Part shown: in pieces, positions 48,468 to 62,188 of the stretch
Layout of the letters: each line of letters starts with the position of its first letter
How positions within the stretch are numbered: position 1 is the stretch's first letter
Assembly (NCBI GenBank): GCA_010405405.1
Contig: MU004231.1
Coordinates: forward strand, 1,743,784-1,807,783
Source: Microthyrium microscopicum
Taxonomy: Eukaryota
Direction: 5' to 3'
DNA length: 64,000 nucleotides
Made by a program: the position numbers and the translations under genes
Notes under the pieces: model-generated
What the model was told of the DNA's origin: nothing
The model's input: only the letters and a program-made list of their open reading frames with translations
Databases searched by the model: none

Positions 48468-49685
48468 TTATGCTGCGCGTTCGTAGATACCACACACAAT
48501 AGCGTGATCTCTCTCAAAAGGTTCGAGCGTCAGTTGTTCCTTGGGCTTGATACGTCTATTACGGTTAGCTATGGAATAAAATGCTCAGAGGTAGAACTTA
48601 CTCCTCTCTCAGTTTTTGTACTTCTCGTGCGAACACGGCCTCTGGGGCGGCAGTACTATCGATACAATTGGCCTTGATGGATATCACTACACCACCGCCA
48701 ACTTTGAGGAAGTTGTGAGCATTGAGACCGACAATACGGCTCTGATCAGGTTGCGCAACATCTGAAGATCTGTTAGAATTGGGGAACGTGTCAAGGACCA
48801 AATTTTCATACCGGCAAAGATGCAATCGACCATTCCAACCAACATGCGATAGCGCATAGGATGTCTGGCGTCCTCGACGATAGGAATGACATTGGTTCGA
48901 TGTTGAGCCATGTTGACGAGATCGCGACCACTTCGATGACTGAACTCGACAGCATATACCACACCAGTTGGGCCAACAATGTCAGCAACATGACTGACGG
49001 AAGTACCACTGGCAGCACCGAGATAGAGAACCCGACTTCCTGGCTTCATGTATATCGTTTCCATACCACCAAGAATACCAGCGGCCAGCTTGGATCTGAA
49101 AGGATTCCAGACTCGGTATTCTGTGTTGGTTGGAACAGCGGCGTCTCCATTGGTTTCGGCAGCTGGAGCTGAGTTTTGAACGGATATTCTCTTTTCGCCA
49201 TAGACTGATTCGCCGGGTGTCAAGTTCTTGGTGACCAACATGTCTTCCTTTCCGCGTGCGACAAAGACGCCTAGATGGCGATGAGGTTCCTTGAAGTTGT
49301 TAGAAATATCTCTCAGACTTAGTAATTCGAGAGATATACGATGATGACTTTTTGACCACCCTTGGCGCCGAAACCACCACGTCCGCCTCGATCTCCTCCT
49401 CGAGGGGCACCACGACCTCGTCCACGGCCACCACGATCTCCTCCTCGACCACCGCCGAAACCACCACGTCCTCGTGAGCCTCCGCGATCGCCTTGTAGTA
49501 TGTTAGTATTTGAAGCGATAATATTTTGCGCAAATTGATCAGGTGTAAGACTAACCTCCACCGAAGCCGCCGCGACCGCCTCGTCCACCACGATCTCCTC
49601 CACGACCACGACCGCCAAATCCACCACGGTCCCCACCACCAAATCCACCGCGGGAACCTCCGCGACCTCTAGGAGTGAAGGCCAT
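48468..49685 (-). CDS. NOP1: Fibrillarin (box C/D snoRNP rRNA 2'-O-methyltransferase), 5 exons
   Basis: RGG/GAR N-terminus; [49 protein letters not shown]. Confidence 0.97.
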
Positions 49686-50015
49686 AGTATTGAGTTCGAA
49701 AGTGTGTTTGTTTAGAGAATATGTTGTTGTTGAGGAATACGGTGGGGTTGTGTAGCTCGAATGGAGGAGCTTTAAAAAAAAAGTTCGAGCTCCAAAGTTG
49801 GTAAGGATTTTTTTCGGAGGGCAGGAAGTCTTGGCACACTAGTCCCGCTTGCCCACTTTGATAGGACCCCTGCTCGGAATAACAGTAAATCCGGTCTCCG
49901 CGGCCACTGCGCTGCTGCCACTCCACATTGAGGAAATTGTTACTCTACTACCGCCCGGAATCCCATCGCCAACTCTTCAACCACAACACTTCGTATAAAT
50001 CGACAACCGCCCAAA
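49686..50015. promoter_or_regulatory. Compact bidirectional promoter between NOP1 and RPL17
   Basis: 330 bp between divergent ATGs; A/T tracts at about 49774 and 49807. Confidence 0.55.
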
Positions 50016-50724
50016 ATGGTTCGATACGGAGCTGAACACCTCGAAAGCGCCAAATCGGCCCGCTCCCGGGGCTCCTACCTTCGTGTCTCCTTCAAGAACA
50101 CCCGCGAGACCGCACAAGCAATCAATGGATGGAAAGTGGACCGCGCTCTCCAATACCTTGAGAACGTGAAGGAGAAGAAGGAGGCCATTCCTATGCGCCG
50201 CTATGCTGGAAGCACTGGTCGCACTGCTCAGGGTACGTCGAGACTGGTTGGATGTTGGAAGAAAAATCAATTGGCAGAGATATATGGAATCATTGAAGAC
50301 TGGAACTAACATTCGGTCTTCCTAGGCAAGCAATTCGGTGTCTCCAAAGCTCGCTGGCCCGTCAAGTCTGCGGACTTTCTCCTCGGTCTCCTTAAGAACG
50401 CTGAAGCCAATGCCGACTCAAAAGGTCTCGATACCTCAAATCTCATCGTCAAGCACATCCAGGTCAACCAAGCACCCAAACAGCGCCGCCGAACATACCG
50501 TGCTCACGGTCGTGTATGTCATACTTGTCAAAATTGGATCTGCGCAGAAAAGCTGACAACATCTTTAGATCAACCCATACATGTCCAACCCATGCCACAT
50601 CGAATTGATCCTCACTGAGGCCCCAGAATCCGTCCAAAAGTCTTCCGATGCTGATGAGCGTGGTGTACGGATCAACGCGAGACAGCGTGGTGCTCGTAAC
50701 CGTAAGGCGATTGCTGCGGCATAA
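50016..50724 (+). CDS. RPL17: 60S ribosomal protein uL22 (L17). Exons 50016-50232, 50326-50513, 50569-50724
   Basis: [48 protein letters not shown]. Confidence 0.97.
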
Positions 50725-50956
50725 AGGGAAATAAACATTGCATAGTAGTGGCTAGGCTTTTCCTTGGGAGTTCATCTAGCGGTGCACAACGGCGTGTCAC
50801 ATTATCACTCGGTTAGGGTCTTTTCAAAAGAATAGCAAGAGTCAAATTCATGATTTGAAAAGGTTCATGGCGTGTCTATCATATCTATCGTGTCTATCAT
50901 GCTGCAGTGAGTTGGGTATCATGATCATATAAAATCCATCCTTCGAAAGTATGCCT

Positions 50957-51982
50957 TCAAAGCTTGGATGAGTCTTTCGACTCCAACACAGCATCATTGA
51001 CCCCATTAGGATCCATCATAAACGACTCATCTCCATAGAATTTCCACCCTCTCTCCTCTCCACCACTCAGAAAACTACAATCTGAATTCTTGATACAATC
51101 CCATCCACCACCCACACCAGTCCCCTTCCACTTAACCTTCGGCACACCCTCCATTGTCTTCTCGCCCACTTCCTCAAACCTCGTAGCCACACCCTTCCGC
51201 CTATAAACAGATAGCCCCGCCGTATAACACTGAAAGTCATCCTCCGCAAAATCCTCTGGCATCACACCAGTCAACACCCGTCCCGCGACAATTATACACG
51301 CCGCATGACTACATATCAACACCGTCTTGACACCCGTCCGATCACACTCCTCCACGATCTTGCCCAGTACGTAGGCCACCCGCTCATGCAGTCCTTCCAG
51401 AGTATCGCCATATACGTCAGGCTCTAATACAGCCTTGTACTGCATATCCAGCAAACCCGGAAAATGCTCGTTCTCCAATTCCGCAGTTGTCGCAGGTTTG
51501 GGATGCGCGAAGGGTGCGCGGCCGTGAAAATCGCCGAGACCGGGTTCGATGCGTACGCGTAGTCTATCGGGTAAGGGAAGCGTGGCAGGTGATGGAGGTG
51601 AGGCAAGTGGACTGTGAGTTGTAACATGAAGAGGTAGACGGCGCAGGGTAGGCAGTAAAGTCTGTATACACCGATAATAAGGCGAGCAGTAAATAGCGTC
51701 GATAGGCGGTTGGATGGCCGCAAGATGTGCGCCTAGTTGGTCTGCTTGCGCGAGGCCGTGGGCGGTGAGGACGGGGTCGGAGGGGATACCGGTGGGGAGA
51801 GGGCTTGTGGTGGAGTAGGCGCCGGTTCGGTGGTCGATAGAGAAGTTCATGCGGAACTGCAAACCAAGTTAGCAAGGGAATGGAATGCGGTGGTTAGTTT
51901 GGAGTTCCATATGGGATGTTATGGGTATGGAAGGGGAGGAGCGTACTGCATGGCGCACGATATAGATGTTTTCGAGCACCAT
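50957..51982 (-). CDS. TFC7: Histidine-phosphatase-fold protein, TFIIIC tau55 (Tfc7)-like, 1 intron
   Basis: MVLENIYIVRHA|FR..PTGIPSDPVLTAHG, IYCSPYYRCIQT, LICSHAA, NSDCSFLSGGEERGW. Confidence 0.8.
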
Positions 51983-52352
51983 TTTGGGGGTTGGTAGAAG
52001 GCTCGAGGAGAGAGGAGGAGGTTATTGGATCACTTGGTATGAATGCGCATTTTCCGAGCGGTGAGGTTTGGCAAACTCATGGACGTTTGGTGTTGTGGTT
52101 TGAATCATGAACCTCGGCACAGTTTGAAGTAGCATATTTTGGACAAGGAAAAGGAGAATCCTCGAGAGCTGATGTTTCTTTGTACTAGAGCCTGAAGACC
52201 TGTCTTAAACAACGGGCAGGAGATGCGTCACTTTGCAAGGTATCACAGAAAGGAATATAGAATGTACACCCAAAGAATCAATTGTCACATGGAGGGGTAT
52301 CTAGAACACCGGTTTTTCTGCCTGATCAAACTGGACACCACGCCTCGCCAAT

Positions 52353-53003
52353 CTAGTAAAAGAATCCTAGAATCTTGCCAGCAACGTGCTTGCGTCTCGC
52401 CTCCTCGTGGTCCATGATTCCAGCACTGGTGGTGAGGATAATGTAACCGAATTGACGGGATGGTAGAAGCTTCACGACCCACTTCTCGAGATCACGGAGT
52501 TGGACGTTGTAGCGAGGGCTGATGCAGCCGGTCTTGTTGAGACTAGATATGAATCAGCATGGCTCAATAATGGTGACAAGAGCTTTACGTACCGGCCATT
52601 CAATTGAATGACAATCTTGCCATTGCGGTGGTCATCAACTTCCTCAAATTCGCCAATGTATCCTAAGCGGAGAGTTAGTATGTTGCGAGAATTTAAACAT
52701 CGAAGGCCATGGGAATAGATCCGTTAACGTGTAAGAACTTTCGCACACCGAAAAGTGGTAATCTTCCGAATACTTAAAGGACGCTGACCGTGGATATTTT
52801 GAGGCCAGCGTCTAGTTATCAACCCGGGTGAGGTATGCGAGAGGAGGCCGAAGAAATGGTTTGAACGTACCGTGCTTTTGCATGACAGAGAGGAATTTGA
52901 CAATGACCTTGCTGCTTGGGCGAATCAAGACTTGACGCTTTCCGGCCTTTTCGGCGTTGTTGATGGCATTGAGCGCATCGTTGAGAACGGAGGTACGAGT
53001 CAT
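52353..53003 (-). CDS. RPS22: 40S ribosomal protein uS8 (S22/S15a). Exons 53003-52871, 52662-52593, 52542-52353; 5' UTR intron 53222-53053
   Basis: [56 protein letters not shown]. Confidence 0.97.
52678..52830 (-). ncRNA. snR44: Intronic box H/ACA snoRNA, snR44 homolog
   Basis: Two hairpins with H box AGATTA and ACA near the branch point. Pockets GATAACT/TTTAA and TTCTTACA/TTTAAA fit the conserved 18S (UUAAA-U-C-AGUUAUC) and 25S (UUUAAA-U-A-UGUAAGAA) contexts as I recall them. Yeast RPS22B hosts snR44. Confidence 0.85.
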
Positions 53004-53534
53004 GTTGATGGTAGACTGAGATTCTCAATGGCAAACGTTGCGACTGAGGTATCTATTGACGAAGGAGTTAGCATTCAGCAGCCCAAGCATGAAGGTACCC
53101 ATAATTTCGTAAAGGAAGGGTTCTTCAGCTTGTGTTGCGAAAGGGAGACGCGTATCACTCTTTGAAAAGTGATTGCGCTCCCTGGCTCACTGAACACGAG
53201 GAACAGAAGATTGTCGACATACCTTAGGATGGTGATTGAAGAGTTGGAGAATTCGTGGGTGCAAAGTTGAAGTTGACGATGGAAATTCAAAAAGGATGGT
53301 GGTGCGCGACAAGATGGCCCGAGCGTTTGGTGGTCGGAGCTTTGATGGATCTTATCGATAAGTGGAGTTAGCGTGATCTCTGATGGCGAACTTGTCAATG
53401 ATGATACCAGGCGGCAAGACATGGTTTTTACAGATATTCTTTTGTATCATCTCCTACTAGCTTTTTTATTTGGCATTAGCGAATTGTTGTCCTAGAGTTT
53501 ACGTTTTCGGTATCTTTATTCCTCGATCACGACC

Positions 53535-54313
53535 ATGGATTGGACCACATGTTGCGTTTGCGCTCAAGTGCAAGACTCGCGCTTCTCTCCATACCTGGAT
53601 GAGAAGACAGAGAAGGAAGTTGCTGCTCATCGTTACGAGTGTTGCAACAGAGAGGTTTGCCCACCGTGCCTACAATCACAGCCGCGCTTCAGATCATATT
53701 GCCCCTATTGCCAACAAGCTTCTGGCGCAGTACAACAGCCAGACAGCAGCAAATCAGCATGGGCAAGACATGCGAGACCTGGAGTTGAGGATTCTGAGAA
53801 ATCATACGACGGCATGACTTTGATAGATGGATTATCTGAGGATGAACCAGCTGCTGATGTGCTGCATTTCGTGGACCCCAACAACGACTCCATAAACTCC
53901 TTGGCCATTCGATATGCCGTTCCTGCCAAATGTCTTCGCCATACAAACGGCATATACTCAGATCATCTCCTCGCCGCGCGAAGAAGCATTCTCATCCCTG
54001 GTGAGTATTACAAAGGCGGGGTATCGCTGAGTCCGCGACCGATCGAAGGTGAAGAGGAAGAAGCGCGAAAAGGAAAGCTTCGGCGCTTTCAGACAACCTG
54101 CAAGGTCCCAGAGTAAGCTCACATCAGTGTGCATCAAGCCATGCTAACAAGCATTAACGAGTTGTTAGATATGACGTTGCATGCCTGTATCTCGAACAGA
54201 CAGACTACGATCTTGAGGCTGCTATCGATAACTTCCAGGCGGATGAAGCGTGGGAACGAGCGAACCCATTGGCTAAAGGCAAAGCCATGAAGACGACAAG
54301 GCGACGGGCATGA
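53535..54313 (+). CDS. Intracellular LysM-domain protein with Cys-rich N-terminus and UBA-like C-terminus, 1 intron
   Basis: CC..C..C..CPYC; HFVDPNNDSINSLAIRYAV..LRHTNGI..ILIP; last exon YDVACLYLEQTDYDLEAAI..DEAWE. Confidence 0.8.
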
Positions 54314-55054
54314 ACTATGGAGGACTTGAAACGTAGGCCTGGTGATGGGTCTAGCGGAAGTAGTTCGTGGTTGACGTCAAAATCAAGAGATGGGTGAAGA
54401 TAAGGCTGTCACAAAGAGCAAGAATTACACCAAAACTAGAGAAGACATCAATGGCATCGTCGCAAGGTGTGTTGCTGCAAGGGCAGCTGAAGATTCTCGC
54501 GATGGGCTATTTTTGGGCTAGCACGCCAAGTCAGGTTGGCCAGGGTCCGTGCAACCAACCACCCTTGAGCTTTCTGATCTTAAGCGCCTTGCCCAACTTC
54601 ACATCAACCAGTCACATACAAAAGAGGCTCTAAGAAGATGGCTACAAGGTCCGCTTTGGCCTGTCGTTTCTGATCGGATGCCAATGACATTGGATTGTCG
54701 GCCCCAACATGCCTGTCACTCAACGGCCTCCCACATCAACTCTCAAAGCCTAATGGTTCCGTAGCGCTGAGGATGCAGTCCGTCTCCTTTCAACAGTACA
54801 CGGGCGCGAAGTTTGACGTTAGGAAGCCTATTCTGCAGATGGAGTGGCGCCAGGAATGTCTTAGTATCTGTAGAAGGGTGGGGATCAACAAAAGGACGAT
54901 TGATAAATGTAGACAACCCTTCTTCTTACATGTATGGTAGATAGGTCCTTGAGAATACCTACCCTGACTTCACTCGTCCTTCCCTTATATTTCATTTCTT
55001 CATTTTCTTTCTAGTCTTTCTCTGACATTGCCTTTGAAAGGATAATTAGTAGCC

Positions 55055-55836
55055 ATGGTTTTTCAAGTTTACAGGAATATGACCCACCGAACCATCGCCG
55101 CCATGAGCGATAGGAGCTCTTCACGATTTACACGCGTTGTTGAACTTGTCCTTCAGGTCTTGACGACAATTATCGCGGCAGCAATTATCGGAACGTCTGC
55201 GCATGTTTACCATGCTCATCAAGCTGGACTGTCAAGCCAAAATCCAGTATGGCTACCACTTTGGCCGGACCATTTTGAGACTACAGGAAATAAAGTGATG
55301 ATTGGCACATCATCAGCTATCGTCTTCCTCACTCTCCTATATATTGCCATTTCATTCTTTCCAAAGGTTAGTAACCGTTTTCTGTAGGCCATTCGCCTCG
55401 TTCTAACTTCGTTATAGTTCAGTCACAATCATCAGCCAAAGCTTTCGGCCCTCCTCCTTGTTGGCGTTTCCACACTATGCATTCTTCTCGCCATCTCAAG
55501 CCTCGTTGTATCATCTCTACTTGAACGACGAACTGGCAGCGGCGACACCATACGATCATGGACCTGTAAATTCAGCGGGCCTGCTACAGCCTGGAGCCTA
55601 ATTCCATCCAACATGTCGAGCAAGAGCTTCCGAACTCTGTGCACACAAAGCGTAAGCACACTCGCATAATTCCGTGGTAGTTCATGCACTGACGGATTTA
55701 GTTGTTCTCATTCTACGCAATGATCCCCGTCCTTACATTCCAAACGATGGCCCTGTTCTTAGGTGTCTCACGTTTGATGAGATCGAAGCAGGAACCCGAG
55801 AGCCCAATGATGGGAGACAAGTCAAGCGTATACTAG
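55055..55836 (+). CDS. Four-TM MARVEL-like membrane protein, 3 exons
   Basis: Hydrophobic helices, WLPLWPDHF, DTIRSWTCK, FRTLCTQS; GT-AG introns near 55.37 and 55.65 kb. Confidence 0.7.
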
Positions 55837-56152
55837 TTTGGGGATAAATCATCTGAGGAGCTTCGATGGAGTGTCTTCTTCTCAGTATGCCTCTATGAGA
55901 TCAACAGTGTACAACATCAACAACAATGGAAAGGTGGCCTATATATCTTAATCAATAACTACATTTGCAAAACTTGTATCAGTGGAAATCAAGTCAAATG
56001 TATTCAGATGCTGAATATTACATTCCCACCTCCACATTGAACGTGATTCTGCGCGATATTGCGCCTAAATAATGGGTATAAAACTACGACATCCAACCAA
56101 GCACCCGCTCGAACAACAACCTAATATTACAGCCTTCCTCCGATTCCTTCAG

Positions 56153-57084
56153 TTAAATATCCCCCATCCCATCCGCACGCCCACAAACCATACAATCCTC
56201 ATAAAGCGAAAAGCAAAACGGCTTGATGCCCTGCTCAACCTCCGCATCACCAACCACATGCCCTTCCCGACATCTCCACTCCCACCGTCCCCCTTTCTCC
56301 CGCGCCATATGGTTTGGCTCCCGAATCGTAAAGTCCTCCATCTCAAAACTCATATGCCCCAACGTGCGTAATCCACTGTCCTTGAACCGTTGACTCGTAT
56401 GATACCATAGCCACAGCGGATTCCACAGCTGATTTCCGCTCGCGCGTATCGTAAGGCTGACATCGCTTAACCGCCTCATCCCGCTCAATTGGGCTACTAC
56501 CCGGTCTCGTAATGCCCAATCACCGCTGACATTACGCGGGTCGAACGATCCTTCTGCGCCGACGAGGGAGGGCGTGGCGAAGATGCGCAGGTGGACGGAC
56601 TTTATGGCGCGCGAGACGGTGGGCGCGAGTGGTAAGAAGGGTGTTGTGGAGAAGGTGGAGGCGTCGAGTTTGAAGGTCAAAGTGCCGTGCTGCCAGTAGA
56701 CGTGGAGAAATTCTTCACGGATTTGGCGCGAGACGGCGTTGAGGGATGTATATGAGAGTGGTGGGCCTTTTGGGGTGAGGAGCTTTTTAAGGGCGCGGAG
56801 ACGGGTGATGGGTTTCGGCTTGGGACTCGGCGGGAGGGACTCAAAGGCGCGGTCTTCGTTTTCAAGTAGACGTTCGAAGATTAGGAGGCGGACTTCGGCT
56901 GGGCTGGCGGATCTGTTAGCTTTGCTGTTGAGGAGGTGGCGAATACGTACAGTTTCATGAGCGGGAAGGTGCTATTGGGCTTGCTGTTTCGTTGTCGAAG
57001 TAGAGCGATTGCTGGGACCAAGGCAAGACATATAAGCGTTAAGATTATGGGAGTATAGCCCATTGTCATAATGCTCGTTGCCAT
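56153..57084 (-). CDS. Hypothetical protein with N-terminal TM anchor and F-box-like motif, 1 intron
   Basis: FPLMKL|PAEVRLLIFERLL across a GTACGT..CTAAC..CAG intron; it appears to continue into the 175-aa ORF. Confidence 0.7.
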
Positions 57085-57643
57085 GATGTAAGGATGTGGG
57101 ATTTGTAGATGTTGTGCCGGCGTTTGCTGCTCTGAACCGGGATAATGATGAGAATCAATCTACAGGCCAAAGAGAGTGAGATTCTGGCAAGAAATAGCCA
57201 GAGAGTGACATGTTTAAATAACAGAAATGGGGAGCAGGTGAGATGTGTCAAATGGATCGAATGTGGGAGCCTGGCGGAGCAATTGATAGAATGAGGCGGT
57301 GCCAACGCCACGATATTGCGCAGATGGGCAATCCTAAACCAAAACGTATTATTTCGCTACTAGAAATGCAAGGAGACAAATCTTGATAGAAAGTCAGTAA
57401 ACGAGTAGGATTTCTATTTTTGGCCATACTACATTGGTGATAAAACACAAGAGTACTTCTATAATTTAAGATCTGAAGCTTGATGCACTCCTTTTGGCCT
57501 CCATGGAATTGTAGCAGAGATGTTTATTCCGGAACGACATGAATCAGTTGGCACGATGTGATATGATCTCGGAAGTGATCATAATCCTAACATTTACTTA
57601 GTGGTTGATACAGTAATAGAGCAATGTCACTCAGATCTAAGAT

Positions 57644-60600
57644 CTACCCAAAGCTAGTAAAGTCAATCTCATCGACATCTAAACCAGCAAAAATATCATC
57701 ATCACCACCTATACCGCCTCCGAAGCTCCCAAGATCCATGCCACCATCCATTTGCATACTCATGTCCATTGCATCTCCAGACAGATCCATACCTCCCGCT
57801 GCACCAGTATTCGTAAAGTCCATGGCATCACCCATACCTGCGCCCACGCCTGCACCCGCACCGGCAGCGACATCGATCTCAGCAGCAGCAACGGTGGCCA
57901 CTTCTTCGCTTGCCATGGCACCAAGTCCAGTCATTATCTGCTGTGCGGCGAGCTCATTCAAGTCGTTGTTGACGGAAATGGCAAGTTGATTCTCAACTCT
58001 TCGATAGAGCCGGACTACAGCTTCTGTATATGCCATGTTGGTATCAAGCTTCTGGGGCAGCTGATCATATCTCTTCCCTAGAGTTTCTCGTAGATTCATG
58101 CCCCTGTTTACATCTGACAGACTCGTGTGTGCCCAATCGGTTGGATCAAGTCGTGAGCCGGGAACTGGTGCACATATCCATGCCGTTGCTATATCAAGCG
58201 CAATGGCCGGGGCTCCCGACGGCGAAATCGACTGCGCTTGGATCTCATCGAGAATGGTAGATAGAACCGACCCTGCGCCATCAGCAGCAAGAGCAGAATA
58301 GAAAAGTCGAGGACTGTAATTTGGCACATCGAGCGACGGATTCATGGGTGACGAGCTGCCCCATGCAATGAGTGCTTGGAACGCAGTCTTCAGCGCTGGG
58401 CGTAGATTGCCGATATGCCTCAGTTGTGAGGATAGATCCGAATCAGGATCGTAATTTGTTCTCTTGAATGACCCAATACTATTGAGTGCGATGAGCATTT
58501 GCTCAATCACGGCAGCCTTTCGAAATTGTGGGCTATTTGCGCAGATCCTCTCAATGGTTCGGACAGTCGGTTCAGCCATCATTCGGATCACAGTCTTGTA
58601 AACAGGAACAGGCTCAGTTGGTGGTTTTATCGCTCTAAAAATGAATCTCAAGGTGATTCCCATCTCTGGTGGATTCCGGCGATTCTTCCAGCTGTGCCTG
58701 AGCATCCAATTCATGGATCCAATCAAAGAAGGTACAAGGAACGGCTCGCAAAGATCTGAAAACTATTAGTAAGTGGCAATACCAGTCATAGTGACGACTC
58801 ACACTCAAATGCAGTCTTGGTCGCCTCGAAGGGAATCATTTTTTGCACAACTGCAGACAAAATGTTGTAACAAATTGTCGCTGATAGTAGGTAGAACTGC
58901 TGAGGTTGACAAGATGATAGTACCTCGTCCGTGATGGAATCTGGATTGAAAAGTCCTTTCATCCAGACCGACAGATGCTTCTTTTCATCGTCAGTGAGAC
59001 TGTCAACCGCTTTAATCTTGTGCCCATTTTCAAGGTATTTGGAAACAAAACTATCGCTCGGTATGCCTAACTCGTTTACTGCTATATCAAAACGATAGAC
59101 AACGCTTAAAACAAGCAAGAAAACCGAAGCAAATTCCTCATAAACCGGTTGGTACTCTCCTGAACAATCGTGAGCAGAATGCTCTCTAATAGAGAGTGGA
59201 CAAACCTTGATCGTCCTCGTATCTCCAATCGTCAAGCAATTGACATATAGGCTGCAATAATGCAACCAATGGAACGAACTGCGCCATAACGTCTAACAGC
59301 TTTGGTTTCGCAGTGAGAGAATTACAAATAGATTTAAGAGTGAATGTGTCTTTGTTCATACAAAGAGTGCGAATGACCTGTAAGGTTAGGACATGTTCTC
59401 CGTTGTCAAGATCAAACTTACATCAAAAAGGGCAAAGGAGATGGGTCCAGCATTGCCGTTTAATTTGTCCAACTCATCTATAAGTTGAGAAATTCGATCG
59501 GAATCAGAAGCACATTGCTCGATGAGCGTTTCTTTGAGATAGCGGCTGGACGGATCTGGAGGCTGAGAGATTGGTTGTTCACCGAGTAAAGCTTGGATGC
59601 TACTCGGTCTCAACAAAGAATGTAAAGCGCAAGAGAATAGAAATTCCTGGCGAACATCTTGTAGTGCATGTTCTGATACCATTCCAAATGAAGGGGACGG
59701 AAACATGGCATGATTGATGCGGGATAGCGCCTGCGCGAAGCAATTCTCAGGTCGATCTGCTGAGAACATAGACTGGGCTAGATTTGTCAAGAATTGGGGA
59801 AGTTTGTTGACAAGGAATGATTTGAGCGCAAATGTGGTTTCTTCAGACTCTTTTCTTGTTACTGCCGACGACAAGAGGTCAAAAGCACCGACAACGAGGT
59901 CAATGAAAAGAGATTCCGAGTCGACTTGCATGTTAAGTTTGTACTTTATGTGAAGAAAGCCCATTGCCTGAAGGTCATCCGGAATGGGACGAGCAAATAC
60001 CTACGCAGCATGAGTACCAAGTCGACTTCCAATTCATATTAACTAACCAGTGATTCAAGGAAGATAAACATTGCCGGTCTGGTTGGAATGGTCGGCACGT
60101 CGACAACTTGACTTATTTGAAGGGTGGCTTGAGCCAAATTCGTACTTTTTTCATCAATTGTTTCACTTTCATCTCGAAGTTTTGGCCGTAATCTGATAGC
60201 TTCAAGCAATCTATTTGCGTGCTGAGCTGCCACTTGAGATCCAGTCTGCGTCCATAGTTGATAGAAGCTGTGCAATGTCTCAGACAGTGGTTTTAGAATA
60301 CCTATCACAGTAGTAAGTATATATTATCATTATTTAATGAGTGAGTAGACCAGAAAGGCGTGACATGACTTACTTTTGCTACTATGATTGTCAATCATGG
60401 ATATCATTTCACCATTTTCGAGCGCTGCTGCTGCTAAAAAGCCAAGAGCATCACACAGCTGGGGACCATTTTCATCTAGAAGCAGCTGATCAGACTTGAC
60501 AATAGCTTGTAACCAACCCAGAACACTCTGAAGAAGTTTTTGTGCAAGATGGGAGTGCTTTGGTGCTTGATGAGTCAAAATCTGTCTCGTGACAAGCATA

Positions 60601-60998
60601 ACCAGAGCAGTCTGTAGGTCAGAAGAGTTCTTAGGCTCTCGTGGTGGTTTATGTTGTCGATACAAGGAATGCTCGAGTGTCGCATCCAGAACATCAGAGA
60701 CTGATATTCGTTTCGTCAAAAGAAGATCCTCAAAGTACTCTGTGAAGAGAGAGTCGGACACGATCGAGCCTGTTCGTTGACAATCCAGTAGTTCATTAGC
60801 TAGGTATAGCCTTCCAGAAGGCTTTTCTGCCCACAGTTGGCCGGCCAAAGTGCGAAACTTGGGGCCTTGAATTCGTTCATGGAGGCATTGATGGAAAAGA
60901 AGCTTCCACACGCTAGGCTCAGCCACAGCGTTCTCCTTCATTGGCTTGATCTTTTTGGTCGGGACATGAATGACATGAGTACTACTCTGAGTGGTCAT
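57644..60998 (-). CDS. MED5: Mediator subunit Med5 (Nut1), multi-exon; start may be 60941
   Basis: FDLL..LKSFLVNKLP, DVRQEFLFSCALH, GNAG, EYQPVYEEFASVFLLV..YRF, LSSCQPQQFYLL, PSLIGSMNW. Confidence 0.88.
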
Positions 60999-62188
60999 GT
61001 TGACTCAGATGCAACATTGGACGAGATGTTCCAGGCTAGGTAGCGATGAAGTTTCGCAAGTATTGGCTGTGCAATTGATGTAGAGGTCTTAGCCCGGGAA
61101 CAAAGCAGACTGGCAGTGACCAGTCACTATTGTGAGAAGAAAGCCTGCCAAGGATTTAAGGTCGTAGTTGACGTATTTGAGGCTATGAGGATATTTTTCG
61201 ACGATGATTGGCCTATAAACAACGACAATTATGTTGACAATGGTCAGTTGTAGCCCGAGCCTACTCTATCGAGTCAATGTTTGACGCGACTACCCCCGGC
61301 GACCACCAACAACCAACATGCGACAGAATAGGATTACCTCAATTATTATGCGAAGTACCCCTCTCTGGTCACATAAACAATAAGATGATGAAAGATGAGA
61401 TGAAAGATAGATATATTGCGATGTATGGATGACAAAGCGCGTGCGGTGAAGTGGAGATGAGATGCAGTTCAATGTTAGATGTTGGTTGTCGCGCAGGGGC
61501 TTTTGCAGCCACGCTTCAACGTCTGGTCATGATTTCTCTAGTCTTGGGTCGCTTTGAAAAAATATAAAACCAGTAGCAAACCAGCCGATATGCGAAAGAA
61601 AGTTTGGTTCATTAGTCTGATTATCCAAGCTAAGTTCTAGGCATCCGAAAACCGTGCAAACTTCACACAAACTTTGGTGTAAAATAATAACACAGAACGC
61701 TATATACCATGGCGATTGGGTAGACCTTTACTGCCACTGATTTACTAGTACCTCGCAAATAGTTATATAAAGACCTCTATGAGACGCTTAGGCTCTGAAC
61801 TTTGTCCCCATGATTGCTAGCTATATAATCTTTCACTAGGTTGAAGGTGGTCTTATCCGTCTATCCAATTTTGGAGGTTGAACCACGGTTCAGCTCAAAT
61901 CAACGCTTTTCAACCACCTAAAATCGATATCACGGGAGTTGCCAGCAGTAACCATGGTTCACCTCACGATGAATGCAGTGACTCGCATCACTGTAGTGAT
62001 CTGAGTGCGCCCTCAAGTCCTTAAAACCTCGCGTCCCTCCGTCCATCTTCCACCAGTTCTCTCAACACTTTCTCCAACTCCATCCCCCAAGAAGTTGGCC
62101 ACGACCACCGTCCAAAAGTAGCTTTGTCTACTTTCAACGCTGCTCACCCCTTTCAAATCCACCAAACCAACCTTCTTCAAGCAAAGAC

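Noticed and set aside
49360..49680. GC-rich repetitive tract
   Set aside because: Normal RGG/GAR domain of fibrillarin.
61875..61897. Small inverted repeat gaggttgaaccacggttcagctc
   Set aside because: Single short imperfect palindrome, compatible with chance.
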